This document shows, piece by piece, positions 25,402 through 38,698 of a DNA stretch of 64,000 nucleotides. The position numbers were made by a program, and so were the translations under genes. This DNA comes from the human T2T-CHM13v2.0 reference genome, Homo sapiens. The stretch lies in assembly GCF_009914755.1 (NCBI RefSeq), contig NC_060948.1. One strand, given 5' to 3'. Each line of letters begins with the position of its first letter. Positions within the stretch are counted from its first letter, which is position 1. The notes beneath the pieces were generated by a model, which had not been told where the DNA came from, ran no database searches, and saw only the letters and a program-made list of their open reading frames with translations.

Positions 25402-28400
25402 TTATTTTTAATTATTATTATACTTTAAGTTCTAGAGTACATGTGGACAATGTGCAGGTTTGTTACATACATATACATGTGCCATGTGGGTTTGTCATTT
25501 ACATTAGGTATTTCTCCTAATGCTATCTATTCCCCATTCCCCCAACCCACGACAGGCCCCAGTGTGTGATGTTCCCTGCCCTGTGTCCAAGTGTTCTCAT
25601 TATTCAATTCCCACCTGTGAGTGAGAATATGCGATGTTTGGTTTTCTGTCCTTGTTATAGTTTGCTCAGAATGATGGTTTCCAGCTTCATCTATATCCCT
25701 GCAAAGGACATGAACTCATCCTTTTTTATGGCTGCATAGTATTCCACAGTGTGTATGTGCCACATTTTCTTAACCCAGTCTATCATTGATGGACATTTGG
25801 GTTGGTTCCAAGTCTTTGCTATTGTGAATTAGTGCCTCAATAAACATATGTGTACATGTGTCTTTATAGTAGCATGATATATAATCCTTTGGGTATATAC
25901 CCTGTAATGCGATCACTGGGTCAGATGGTATTTCTGGTTCTAGATCCTTGAGGAATCACCACACTGTGTTCCACAATGGTTGAACTAGTTTACAGGTCCC
26001 ACCAACAATGTAAAAACCTTCCTTTTTCCCCACATCTGTTGTTTTCTCCAGCATCTGTTGTTTCCTGACTTTTTAGTGATTGCCATTCTAACTGGTGTGA
26101 GATGGTAGCTCTGTGGTTTTGATTTGCATTTCTCTGATGACCAGTGATGATGAATATTTTTTCATGCATCTGTTGGCTGTGTAAATGTCTTCTTTTGAGA
26201 AGTGTCTGTTCATATACTTTGCCCAATTTTGATGGGGTTGTTTGATTTTTTCTTGTAAATCTGTTTAATTTCTTTGTAGATTCTGGATATTAGCCCTTTG
26301 TCAGACGGGTACATTGCAAAAATTTTCTCTCATTCTGTAGGTTTACTGTTCACTCTGATGGTACTTTCTTTTGCTGTGCAGAAACTCTTTAGTTTAATTA
26401 AATCCTATTTATTAATTTTGGCTCCTGTTGCCATTTGTTTTGGTGTCTTAGTCATGAAGTCCTTGCCCAGGCCTATGACCTGAATGCTCTTATCTAGGTT
26501 TTATTCGAGGTTTTCATGGTTTTAGGTCTAACATTTAAGTCTTCAATCCATCTTGAATTAATTTTTGTATAAGGTGTAAGAAAGCAAACCTGTTTCAGCT
26601 TTCTACATATGGCTAGTCAGTTTTCCCAGCACCATTTATTAAATAGGGAATCATTTCCCCATTTCTTGTTTTTGTCAGGTTTGTCAAAGGTCAGATGGTT
26701 ATAGATGTGTTGTTATTTCTGAGGCCTCTGTTCTGTTCCATTGGTCTATATCTCTGTTTTGGTACTGGTACCATATTGTTTTGGTTACTGTACACTTGTA
26801 GTATAGTTTGAAGTCAGGTAGCATGATGCCTCCAGCTTTGTTCTTTTTGCTTAGGATTGTCTTGGCAATGCAGGCTCTTTTTTGGTTCCATATGAATTTT
26901 AAAGTAGTTTTTTCCAATTTTGTGAAGAAAGTCATTGGTAGCTTGATGAGAATGGCATTGAATTGATAAATCTATAAATCAGTATGGCCATTTCCATGAT
27001 ATTGATTCTTCCTATCTATGAACATGGAATATTGTTCCATTTGTTTGTGTCCTCCTTTATTTTTGTTGAGCAATGATTTGTAGTTCTCCCTGAAGAGGTC
27101 CTTCACATGCCTTGTAAGTTGGATTCCTACATATTTTATTCTCTTTGTAGCAATTATGAATGAGAGTTCACCCATGATTTGGCTCTCTGTCTGTTATTTG
27201 TGCATAAGGATGCTTGTGATTTTTGCACATTGATTTTGTATCCTGAGACTTTGCTGATGTTGCTTATCAGCTTAAGGAGATTTTGGGCTGAGATGATGGG
27301 GTTTTCTAAATATACAATCATGTCATCTACAAAGAGGGACAATTTGACTTCCTCTTTTCCTAACTGAATACCCTTTATTTCTTTCCCTTGCCTGATTGCC
27401 CTGGCCAGAACTTCCAACACTATGTTGAATAGGAGTGGTGAGAGAGGGCATCCCTGTCTTGTGCCAGTTTTCAAAGGGAATGCTTCCAATTTTAACCCAT
27501 TGAGTATGATACTGGCTGTGGGTTTTCCATAAATAGCTCTTATTATTTTGAGATACATTCCATCAATATCTAGTTTATTGAGAGTTTTTAGCATGAATGG
27601 CTGTTGAATTTTGTTGAAGGTCTTTTCTGCATCCATTGAGATAATCATGTGGTTTTTGTCTTTGGTTCTTTTTATGTGATGGATTGCATGTATTGATTTG
27701 CATATGTTGAACCAGCCATGAGGTTTTTGTCTTTGGTTCTTTTATGTGATGGATTGCATGTATGGATTTGCATATGTTGAACCAGCCTTGCATCCCAGGG
27801 ATGAAGCTAGCTTGATCTTGCTGGATAAGCTCTTTGATGTGCTGCTGGATTTGGTTTGCCAGTATTTTATTGAGGATTTTCACATGGATGTTAATCAGGG
27901 ATATTGATCTAAAATTCTCTGTTTGTTGTGTCTCTGCTAGTCTTTGGTATCAGGATGATGCTGGCCTCATAAAATGAGTTAGGGAATATTCCTTCTTTTT
28001 CTATTGATTGGAATAGTTTCAGAAGGAAAGGTACCAGCTCCTCTTTGTACCTCTAGTAGAATTTGGCTGTGAATCTGTCTGGTCCTGGAATTTTTTTTGG
28101 TTGGTAGGCTATGAATTATTGCCTCAATTTTAGAGTCTTTATTGGTCTATTCAGAGATTCAACTTCTTCCTGGTTTAGTCTTGGGAGGGTGTATGTGTCC
28201 AGGAATTTATCCATTTCTCCTAGATTCACTAGTTTATTTGCATAGAGGTGTTGATTATATTCTCTGATGGTAATTTGTATTTTTGTAGGATTGGTGGTGA
28301 TATAGCCTTTATCATTTTTTATTGCATCTATTTGAGTCTTCTCTTTTCTTCTTTATTAGTCTTGCTAGCAGTCTATCAATTTTGTTGATCTTTTCAAAAA

Positions 28401-30114
28401 ACCAGCTCCTGGATTCATTGATTTTTTTGCAGGTTTTTTTGTGTCTCTTATCTCCTTCAGTCCTGCTATGATCTTAGTTATTTCTTGCCTTCTGCTAGCT
28501 TTTGAATGTGTTTGCTCTTGCTCCTCTAGTTCTTTTAATTGTGATGTTAGCATGTCAATTTTATATCTTTCCTGCTTTCTCTTGTGGACATTTAGTGACA
28601 TAAATTTCCCCTACACACTGCCTTAAATGTGTCTCAGAGATTCTGGTACTTTGTGTCTTTGTTCTCACTGGTTTCCAAGAACATCTTTATTTCTGCCTTC
28701 ATTTCATTGTTTACCCAGTAGTCATTCAGGAGCAGGTTGTTCAGTTTCCATGCAGTTATGTGGTTTTGAGTGAGTTTCTTAATCCTGAGTTCTAATTTGA
28801 TTGCACTGTGGTCTCAGAGACAGTTTGTTGTGATTTCTGTTCTTTTACATTTGCTGAGGAGTGCTTTACTTGTAAATATGTGGTCAATTTTGGAATGAGT
28901 GCAGTGCGGTGCTGAGAGGAATGTATATTCTGTTGATTTGGGGTGAAAAGTTCTGTAGATATCTATTAGGTTTATTTGTTTCTTTTTACTCTTTTTTCTC
29001 TAAACTTCTCTTCTTGCTTCATTTCATTATTTTGATCTTCAGTTGCTGATACCCTTTCTTCCACTTGATCAAATCAGCTACTGAAGCTTGTGCATCATCA
29101 TGTAGTTCTCATGTCATGGTTTTCAGCTCCATTAGGTGTAGGGAAGACCTTAAATGTTAGCCATTTGTCTAATCTTTTTTGAAGGTTTTTTCTTCCTTGT
29201 GATGGGTTTGAACATCCTCTTTTAGCTCAGAGCAATTTATCATTACCGACTTTCTGAAGCCTATTTCTGTCAACTCACCAAAGTCATTCTCTGTCCTGCT
29301 TTGTTCCATTGCTGGTAAGGAGCTGTGATCCTTTGGCAGAGAAGGGGCACTCTAGTTTTAAGAATTTTCAGCTCTTCTTCCCTGGTTTCTCCCCATCTTT
29401 GTGGTTTTATCTACCTTTGGTCTCTGGTGATCTACAGATGGAGTTTTGGTGTGGATGTCCTTTTTGTTGATGTTGATGCTATTCCCTTATGTTTGTTAGT
29501 TTTCCTTCTAACAGTCAGGCCTCTCAGCTGCAGGTCTGTTGGAGTTAGCTCGAAGTCCGCTCCAGACCCTATTTGGCTGTGTATCACCAGTGGAGGCTGC
29601 AGAACAGCAAATATTGCAGAACAACAAATATTGCTGCTTGATCCTTCCTCTGGAAGCTTCATCTCAGAGAGGCAACTGGCTGTATGAGGTGTCAGTCAGC
29701 TTCTACTGGGAGTTTTCTCTAAGTTAGGCTACACAGGGGTCAGGGACCCACTTGAAGGGGCAGTCTGTCCAGTCTCAGAGCTCAAACACAGTGCTGGGAG
29801 AAACACTGCTCTCTTCAGAGCTGTCAGACAGGGACATTTAAGTCTGCAGAAGTTTCTGCTGCCTTTTGTTCAGCTATGCCTTGCCCCCGAGGTGGAATCT
29901 ACAGAGGCAGGTGGGCCTAGTTGAGCTGCAGTGGGCTCCACCCAGTTTGAGTTTCCCAACTGCTTTGTTTACCTGCTCAAGCCTCAGCAATGGCAGACAC
30001 CCCTCCCACAGTCAGGCTTGCTGCCTTGCAGTTTGATCTGAGACTAGCAATGAGCAAGTTTCCATGGACATGGGACCCACTGAGCCAGGCATGGGATATA
30101 ATCTCCTGGTGTGC
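25402..30114 (-). mobile_element. LINE-1 L1PA5-7 type with ~1.2 kb internal deletion and truncated 5' UTR
   Basis: 3' end ttattatactttaagttctag. RT ORF 27154-27648 ([20 protein letters not shown]). EN joined to mid-ORF1 at ~28970. 5' UTR stops at ataatctcctggtgtgc. Confidence 0.93.
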
Positions 30115-32483
30115 ATAAGAAAATACATTCTTCAAAAAAGCCCAAATTGGAGATGTCACTTGATGATGTTATCATGTCAGTGGGGTTTTAAAATAACATT
30201 AGGACCACTGCTACTATAGTGCATGTTTCTTTCCAGTGTCTGTGGAATATTAGTGTAGCCAGGAACCACAGAGAAAGTAAGGCCCTGCCTCCTGAAGGGA
30301 TGGTTCTCATAGTTGTAGTTTATGAGAGTTCCAGCTAGATTTAGTCTAGGCCTTATAAGGCTGCCTTCCCTACATCTAATGGGAATATCTTTAGGATAAA
30401 GATATTCATACTAATTGTAGTCATCCACAGTACCATTTAGAACTTTACATGCTGGATGGGAAGAGTTTTTTTTGACAAAAAGAGTTTCAAAAATTAGGGT
30501 CCTGGCAGTTATCTTAGACAACACATGTTACAGGCGCTATTGGTCCAGAAATTCCTTGTTTGTCTACAAATTTGCAGATAGCTGCCATTGTTAAATATTA
30601 TACAAAGTTCTGGAATTCCATGTATGGGGATATTTGGGAAAGACCATGCATTATTTATTACCTGATAATGAAGTTGTCAAGTGGCAACATTTTTGCCCGG
30701 GTAGTTATTCCCATTGGGAATTCCACCCAGGAGGTCTGCCTAGATTGTTAAATTTTTTCCATGGTCTTTCCCAATGTTTGGTGTTAATCTTGTTCCTGTT
30801 TAGTCTCCAGATTTCTGTGCTTTTAACAATTATGAGCATAGTGTTACAATATTTAAGGTTTCCCAAGTATAGTCCTTTTCCTCTGCTGTTAAAGCAGATT
30901 AAAGCATTTGGTATCATTCTATTAAATTTACCTAGTTTAAGGGTGGGAGTTTTACCCTCAGGGAGTGTGTCTCTCTGGGTGAGGTTAAAAATGGACCCAT
31001 ACCATGTTCCATTTACACCTATTAAATCCTTAATGGTTACTTAATGGTTAAAGGTAAAGCTAGCAAAGGGAACACTAAATTAGTGAGTTCTGGGTCATCA
31101 AAGTGTCCTTTGATGTTATTAAACTGAGCAAATCATTTAGGGAAAACCCAGCAATCCATCTGGGCAATGGCTAATATTGTAAGGGAAAAATGATGGGTGG
31201 CATTGCTACATTTAACAGTGAATGTTAATAAACACAATAGTAACAAAACCGTCATTTTTATCTTTTATCTGTGACTATTATGCCTGTTATAAGAATAATA
31301 ACTAAGCAAAAAATTATGACAATTGAGACGTTTTGCCGGATGTTTTACTCAGAAGGTGCCACAACATGTAGTCGTACTGCAAAGTGCGAAGTACCACAAT
31401 TCCTACAAGTATGGTATAATCAAGTTTCATTTAAAATCTTACTAAAAGTATTAGTAAGATAAGCATGGGGTAGAGCTGAACAGATAGTTCTCATTCATTT
31501 ACTTATCTTTGTAATTTTCAGTTTGAAACCACTGACATCTTCACACTGATATCTGGGATGCTCCTCTGAGCTGTCAACTCTTTCTCCCTCTGCATTTCAG
31601 GCCTTGCCATGAGTGTGATCAATCCAAGAGTGGAGTCCTGCAATCTTCACTGCCAAGGGGTTGGAGAGAAGGATGGTGTAAGGTCTCTAACACTTACGAC
31701 CTCAAGAGGGGGAAAGAGAGGGAGGAGCCTTCACCAGTTCCAAGTCTCCTGGATTAAAGGGAGGTGATCCTAGTTATTGGGGTTGGAGTTTTAATAGCTG
31801 TTTTTAATTCCTGCTGGAAGTGGTCCAGGGAGGTTATATGATTAACCAATTCAGAAGTTTCCTGATCTATTATAAAATCATTACTAAGCAAAGGCCATCC
31901 ATATATCATTCAAAAGGGCTCAACCTCAAATGTAAATGGGTCTTCCTCACACTCACTAAGGCTGTAAAGAGGAGGGTAGTCTATGGGACTGCTTCTTGAG
32001 ACAACTTCTGGAGGTGCTTTTTAATGATATCATTTGTTTTCTCCACCTTCCCTGAAGATTGTGGTCTCCAAGCACAATGAAGATGGTATTGTATGTCCAG
32101 TGCTTTTGAGACCTTCTGGGTAACAGTCACCTTAAATGAAAGGCCATTGTCACTTTGGAGGTATTTAGGGAGTTAAAGTGAGGAATTATTTTATTGACTC
32201 ATGCTTTCATCACCTTAGAGGCCTTTTCTATTCAACATGCAAATTCCTCTATTCAATTAGTGAAGATATCCACCTACACCAGGAGATACTAAATCTTTTT
32301 TCTCTTTGCCATATGGGTAAAATTAATTTGCCAGTCCTCCCCTGGGAAACTTCTCATTTTTTGACTTGGGTGGGGACAAGATGTCTGTTGAGGGGATTGT
32401 TTCCATGGCACGTCTCACAAGCATTAACAATCCATTTGTGTTTGGTAAATTGTTACCCAAAGATTTGTCGGCTAGTTGATTAG

Positions 32484-32523
<40 letters not shown>

Positions 32524-35100
32524 TTGAGACGGAGTCTCACTCTGTCACCCAGGCTGGAGTGCAGTGGCACAATCTCAGCTCACAGCACACTCTATCTCCC
32601 AGGTTCAGGCCATTCTCCTGCCTCAGCCTCCTGAGTAGCTGCGACTACAGGCCCCTGCCACCATGCTCGGCTAATTTTTTGTATTTTTAGTAGAGACAGC
32701 GTTTCACTGTGTTAGCCAGGATGGTCTTGATCTCCTGACCTCGTGATCTGCCTGCCTCGGCCTCCCAAATTGCTGGGATTACAGGTGTGAGCCACCGCGC
32801 CTGGCCCCAGTTTTATCCTTTTCTAAATGAAAAGATTGGTTAAAGATTTTATAACTTTCCACTGACTAGAGGCTGACAAATAAAGTTTGCCATTCTCTGA
32901 TTGTAACCATCCTAAGAATTGAAAAGTGTTTCCTCAAGAGGCGGCCCAATCTATCTCTGCTGGGGAATACTGAGGACTTATTTTCCCTATAGAGACCTCC
33001 CAAATTAGAAGGACTTCAAATGCACTTGAACTTTGGGGTTATCTTTTTAATGACTTAGCTGTTTGGTCTGCTAACCTATATCCTTCAACTATTCCATCCA
33101 TCCTCTTCTGGTGTCCTTAGCAATGTATTACTGCCACTTCCTATGGAAGTAAAACTAAGACAACAATCTATTTCCTGATGGTATTTAATGGGAGACCCAT
33201 TAGCAGTCAGGAAATGGCTTTCTTTCTAAATAACGGCATGATTATGAAGAACCAGGAAAGCGTATGTAGAATCAGTAGGTATGTTAATGGCCTTTCCTTT
33301 GCTTAGTTCAAGATCCCTTGTGAGGATGATTATTTCAGCTAATTGAGCATTTGTATCTGATGAGAGAGGTGTGCTTTTAATGATGTCATCCAGGGTGATA
33401 ACTGTATACCTTACCCTATGAGTTTCTTGTTCTACTAAGTAGTTCATTTGTAAAGAGAATCCAGTCTGCATTTTCTAGGGAAGTTTTCTTGAGGTCCTCT
33501 CTGGCTGCATAGGTTTGCACCACAATTTGTTCCAAATTATGTTTAGGTTTCCTCTTAGAGGAAAGTGGCTGGATTCAGGCAAGGACATGTCTTTTAGTAA
33601 ACAGCACATTCCTCCATCAGCAATGCTTGATATTTGTGGAGGTGATTAACAGTCCTGCTATATTATGGGGGGCATAAATAGTCATGTTATTCCCCTTGGT
33701 TAATTTAGTGGCTTCTGGCACCAGTAAAGCCACCACTACAACTGCTTGGAGGCAAGCTGGCCATCCTGTAGCCACCAAATAAAGCTCTTGCATAAGTAAT
33801 TGACTGACTGTTAGGCTGAATCTTGCACTTGAATTAAAACCTCCAGGGCTCTTCCCTTCCTTTCTGTGACATAAAGATTTAATGCCTTTCCTATGGGAAG
33901 ACTGGGGGCAGGTCTTTTAAGTAAGGCTTGCTTAGCTGATTAAAGACCTTCTGAGCCTCAGGTTCCCATGTGAATAAATGACTTTTAGCTTTTTATTTAT
34001 AAGTGATATAAATGATGAACTATTTCACTGTACCCAGGAATCCACAGTCTGCAAAAACTGTAATGAGCCAAGATTCTCTTAGCTGTTTGAGGGTTTTGAG
34101 AAGGGGAAAGAAGGAAATAGGCTTATTTTTCTCATCTCCTAATGTTCTGCTCCCTTCTGACAAGACTAGATGTATGTGCTTTACTGAAGTTTTACAAAGC
34201 TTTGTTTTAGATTTGGAAATTTTATATCATCTACCTGCTAGTAAGTTAAGAAGTGCCTCAGAGTGTTTTTGAGAAACTCCCTCAGTTGGGAACAGAGGAG
34301 AATATCATTTACATATTGTAAAACTTCTACCTGAGGATGAGAAAACTCATAGAAGTCATTTGATGATATTTGCCCAAGCAAGTGGGGGCTGTCTCAGAAT
34401 CCCTGAGGCAGTACTGCCCAAATCAACTGGATAGCATGGTTGGAGAGATCCTTGAAACCAAGTAAGTATTGAGAGTCAAAGTGCAATGGTATGCAAAAAA
34501 AGGCATTCCTTAGGTCCAAAAGTGAACTATTTATTTGCCTCGGGTATTTGAGTTAGCAAAGAATAAGAATTAGAAATGACCAGATGGATAGGAGCTACAG
34601 AGTCATTAATGAGATGAGGATCCTGAACTAGTCTCCTCCATTCCTTAACGGGTTTCTGTAACCCTAATATTGGACTGTTGAAAGGGCTGTTGCAAGATTT
34701 GTGAAGGTCCTGTGCTTTAAAATGATTAATAATGGCTTCTAGTTCTTTTCTAGCTTTGGCTTTGGGGGGTACTTCTTCTGGTTATGGAAGAATGTGGAAT
34801 CCTTAAGGTAAATCTGGGACAGCTGCAGACTGGCCAATTTTACCTTGACTTGCACCTCTGGGTTAATATTGGTTTCCATTAAGGGAAGACAAAGAGTCTG
34901 TCCTGGAGCCATAAGGATGATGGCTAGAATATCCCATATAGGCTAGCTGGAATACTAACTAAAATATGTCTACCTGGTAAAGGAGTGAGATTCCCAGGCA
35001 TAATTAAAAAAGCATGAGTGTGAGTAAACGGCAAGTTTCCCCAAGGAAACTAAACTAAAAGGTTAAGGACTTTCCCATCACCCATCATGGTCATGCTATT
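30115..35100 (-). mobile_element. Decayed ERV1 internal region: pro C-terminus, pol, env SU
   Basis: Minus-strand motifs WAVLPQGF (~34400-34420), VLQYVNDI (~34300-34325), RNase H SAQLAE-like/TDSTYAF (ORF 33226-33471), integrase QSDNG (~32145). Env start MTVLLLLCLLTFTVKCSNA at 31255 with CWxC-like DCWVF. No TM or LTR. Confidence 0.88.
32487..32806 (-). mobile_element. AluY-type element with (ATT)n tail, inserted in ERV pol
   Basis: Full dimer with Y-type gttca.gccattctcc and gttagccaggatggtc. agttttat on both sides is a candidate TSD. Confidence 0.9.
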
Positions 35101-35118
35101 GGAGAGGAGAAAAGAGAA

Positions 35119-35187
35119 GCTGGTACCAGAGAAGTGGGGCATTGCTATAAAGGTGCTTGAAAATGTGAATGCAACGTGGAATCAGGG
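35119..35187 (+). mobile_element. MaLR (MST/THE1) internal 5' fragment
   Basis: tggtaccagagaagtggggcattgctataaag...gaaaatgtg matches the recalled start of MaLR internal regions. Confidence 0.6.
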
Positions 35188-36693
35188 ACCTGCCTAAAAA
35201 ACCAGCTTGGCCACATTTTCACAGAACAGCTGTGCTGTGCTGATAAATCACCTCCATAACAGATAAACTTGGAGTCTCCAAAGCACAAAAGCTGGAATGG
35301 CTAAGTTGCCCAAACAGCAAAGATGGCAGCCAGACCATCTCTCTGAGAGCTGGGTCTCAGGGAAGTTTCAAATGTGCATAAGCTGAAGAACACTGGCAGG
35401 GATGACTGGAGGCCTGAATTGAGAGTCCTGCCCATTGAGGAGAAATGGAAGTTGAGACCCACTTAAAGAAGAAGTCTGGCTATATTTTTGTAGAGCAGCC
35501 ATGCTGTGCTGCTCTACAAAATGGGTACCACTTCTGCTCCTGGCTGGCTTGGACTCTCTAATGCTTGATGGCTAATATGGCTAAGTCACCCCAACAACAA
35601 CGAGGCAGCCCACCCCTCCTTCTGGGAGCTCTGTCCCAGGAAGTCTTCAAATTTTTATCAACTGCAGGATACCAGTGGGGGTGACTGAATGATCCAGTTG
35701 GGAGATCTCAACCAACGAGAAGGAACAGGAATGGGGGCCAACATTCAAAAACAGTCTTGCAGTTTTTGTAGAGCAGTTTTGCTGTACTGGCAGATCTCTT
35801 CTGCCTCTGGTTGACTTGACTCTCCAAAGCCTGAAGGCTGGAATGGCTGAGTCACCCGAAAAGTAAAGATGGTGGCCTACCCCTCCCTCTGGGAGCTCCA
35901 TCCCAGGGAAGTTTCTAATCTCTGTCAGCTAGAGAACACTGGTGTGCATGGTTGGAGGCCCCATTTAGTAGGTCCCATCCAGTGAGGAGGAATAAGATTG
36001 GCTACCTACTTTAAAAAGCAGCCTTGCCATGTTTTCATAGAGCAGCCTTGCTGTACTAGGCAGTCCCTTCCACCATCAGTTGGCTTGAATTCTCCAAAAC
36101 CTGAAGGCTGGAAAGACCCAAGGAGTAAAGACAGTGGCCTGCTTCTCCTGATAGGAGCTCCATCTTATGTGGCTACTGATGGCAGTCTGGAATTCCAAGC
36201 CAGAGTGCATTTTCCTTTGAGGTGCCATGGAAGTAATGTCTGCAAACTCACTGCTCAGCCCCCTGGATTCAGCCTCTTTCCTAGGTGTATGTGTCAGTGT
36301 CTAACCTCCCACTGTGCCAGAGTTGCAGCTACTTTGGCTGGGAAGCCAAGAGGACCTGAGTATCTAAGGCTCCTGGGTCTCCACGTGTGCATGAGCAGCT
36401 GCTCTACCAAGACTCCATGTAGCTCTGAAGGACCCGGTAAAGTGGACTCAAGGGGGTCCCCTGGCCTGAGGTTGCAAAGAACTTTGAAACATGTGTGAGT
36501 TTATTTACTGCTACTCTGGGTTGATGAGGTACCTTTGGCCCTGTGTTGCTCCCAAGTGTGTCATCATCCTGTCTTGCTTTTCTTTGTTCTCCATGAATCA
36601 AGTTCTTTCCTTGATTAGTCCCACCGTGAGTACCTGAATGTTTCAGTTCAAGGTGCACAATAGCTGCTTCTAGTCAGCCCTCTTGACTGCCTC
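35188..36693 (-). mobile_element. Isolated LINE-1 5' UTR (L1PA8A-13 type) with tandem ~270-bp monomers
   Basis: 5' end reads GTCAAGAGGGCTGACTAGAAGCAGC on minus (cf. GCCAAGATGGCCGACTAGAAGCAGC). Repeated units start near 35191, 35461, 35741 and 36008. Confidence 0.75.
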
Positions 36694-36924
36694 TTACTTG
36701 ACATTTTAAAAGGTGGTATTTGTATGAATATATTATTAATAATATTAATTATTCATTAATACAGATAATAATGTGTTAAAAAATTATTTGAGATTCTTCT
36801 AATTCTGACATCTTGGACTATGTTTTCAGTTATAATTGTGGTTCTTATTTAATTATAGTCCACAAAAATAACCAAAATTTTTGGACAATTTTATCTTTAA
36901 TAATGACCACTATTATAAAGTCTT

Positions 36925-38698
36925 TTTTCTTTACATTTTTAATTTTTGTGAGTACACAGTAGGAATATACACTTACCGGGTACATGACATATTTTGATAC
37001 AGACATGCAGTGCCTAATAATCACATCATGGCAAATGTGATATGCATCCTTTCAAAAATTTAGCCTTTGTGTTAAAAAACATCCAATTGTAGTTTTTAAT
37101 TTTTACATGTACAAAGTTATTATTGACTATAGTTATCCTACTGTGCTATCAAACACTAGATCTTATTCATTCTTTGTAGCTATTTTTTAATGGTACCCAT
37201 CAACCATCCCTACTTCCCCAATTTCTCCACTGCCTTCCCCAGTCTATGGTAACCATACTTTTATTATCACGATGAGTTCAATTGTTTTCATTTTTAGCTC
37301 CCACAAATAAGTGAGAGCATACAAAATTTGCCTTTCTTTGCCTGACTTATTTCACTTGACCGGCAGTTTCATTCATGTTGTTGTGAATGACAGGATCTCA
37401 TTCTTGTTATGGCTGAATAGGAATCCATTGTGTATATGTATCTCATTTTCTTCATCCATTCCTCTCCTGATAGACCTTTAGATTGCTTCCAAATCTTGAC
37501 GATTGTGAAGAGTACTGCAAGAAATGACAGTGCAGATATCTGTTCAATATTCTGATTGACATTCTTTGGAGTATATACCTGGCAGTGTGATTGTTGGATA
37601 GTATGGAAGCTCAATATTGAGTCTTTTTTTCTAGGAATCTCCAGACTCTTATCCATAGTGAATGTCTGAATGTACATAAACTTCAACAGCGTTGGCATGT
37701 TTCCTTTTCTTCACATCCTCTCTGCTATTTGTTATTGCCTATCTTTTGGATATAAGCAATTTTAACTGCAGCAAGATAATATCTCATTATACTTTTGATT
37801 TCCATTTGGCTGAAGATCAGTGATGTTGAGCACATTTACTTACACCTGTTTGTCATTTGTATGTCTTCCTTTGATGAATGTTTATTTAAATATGTGGCCA
37901 ATTTTTAAATGGAATTATTAAATATTTTCTACAGATTTGTTTGGGTTACTTACATGTTCTGGTTGTTAATCCCTTGTCACATAGGTAGCTTACAAGTATT
38001 TTCTTTCGTTCTGTGGGTTGTCTCTTCACTACACTGTTTCATTTGCTGCGCAGAAGCTTTTTAACTTGATGTAATGCTACTTGTCCATTTTTGTTTTGGT
38101 TGCCTATGCCTGTGGGGCATTACTCCGTAATTTTTTTAACCCCAGCAACTGTCCTGGAGATTCCTCCAATTTTTTTCTTGCAGTAGCTTCATAGTTTGAA
38201 GTCTTAGAGTCTTTAATCTATTTTGATTTAATTCTTGTATATGGTGAGAGAGGGTTTCATTCTTCTGCATATGAAAATCCAGTTTTCCCGGAAGTATTAA
38301 TTGAATAGACGGTCATTCCTCCAACGTATGGATTTGCATATGATGTATAGATTTGCTTCTAGTTTTAAAATTCTGTTCCACTAGTCTATGCATCTGTTTT
38401 CAAATCAGTACCACGCTGTTTGATTACTATAGCTAAGTAGTGTACTTTGAAGTCAGGTAATGTAATTCCTCCAATTTTGTTCTTTTTGCTCAGGGTAGCT
38501 TTGGCTATTCTGGGTCTTTGGTAGCTCCATACAAATTTTACAAATCTGTTTCTATTTCCATGGAGAATATCATTAGTGTTTTGGTAGGTATTGCAATTAA
38601 TCTGTAGATTTCCCTGGGTAGTACGAACACTTTGATAATTTTTTTTTTTCAGTTCATGAACATGGAAGATTTTCCCATTTTTTTAGTGTCCTCCTCAA
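36925..38698 (-). mobile_element. LINE-1 L1MA1-4 type 3' portion
   Basis: 3' UTR aatttttgtgagtacacagtagg...catattttgatacagacatgca, followed by ORF2 C-terminal homology. Confidence 0.8.

Noticed and set aside
30634-31044. 136-aa hydrophobic plus-strand ORF
   Set aside because: Antisense to decayed env with a TTG start; hydrophobicity follows from T-richness.
30115-31255. Domesticated syncytin-like env
   Set aside because: Early stop after DCWVFPK, multiple disruptions, and TM absent.
35188-36165. CRISPR-like or satellite array
   Set aside because: Units are ~270 bp, diverged, have no spacers and are continuous with an L1 5' end.
35998-36498. 166-aa ORF
   Set aside because: Antisense frame in an L1 5' UTR with a TTG start and no recognisable domain.
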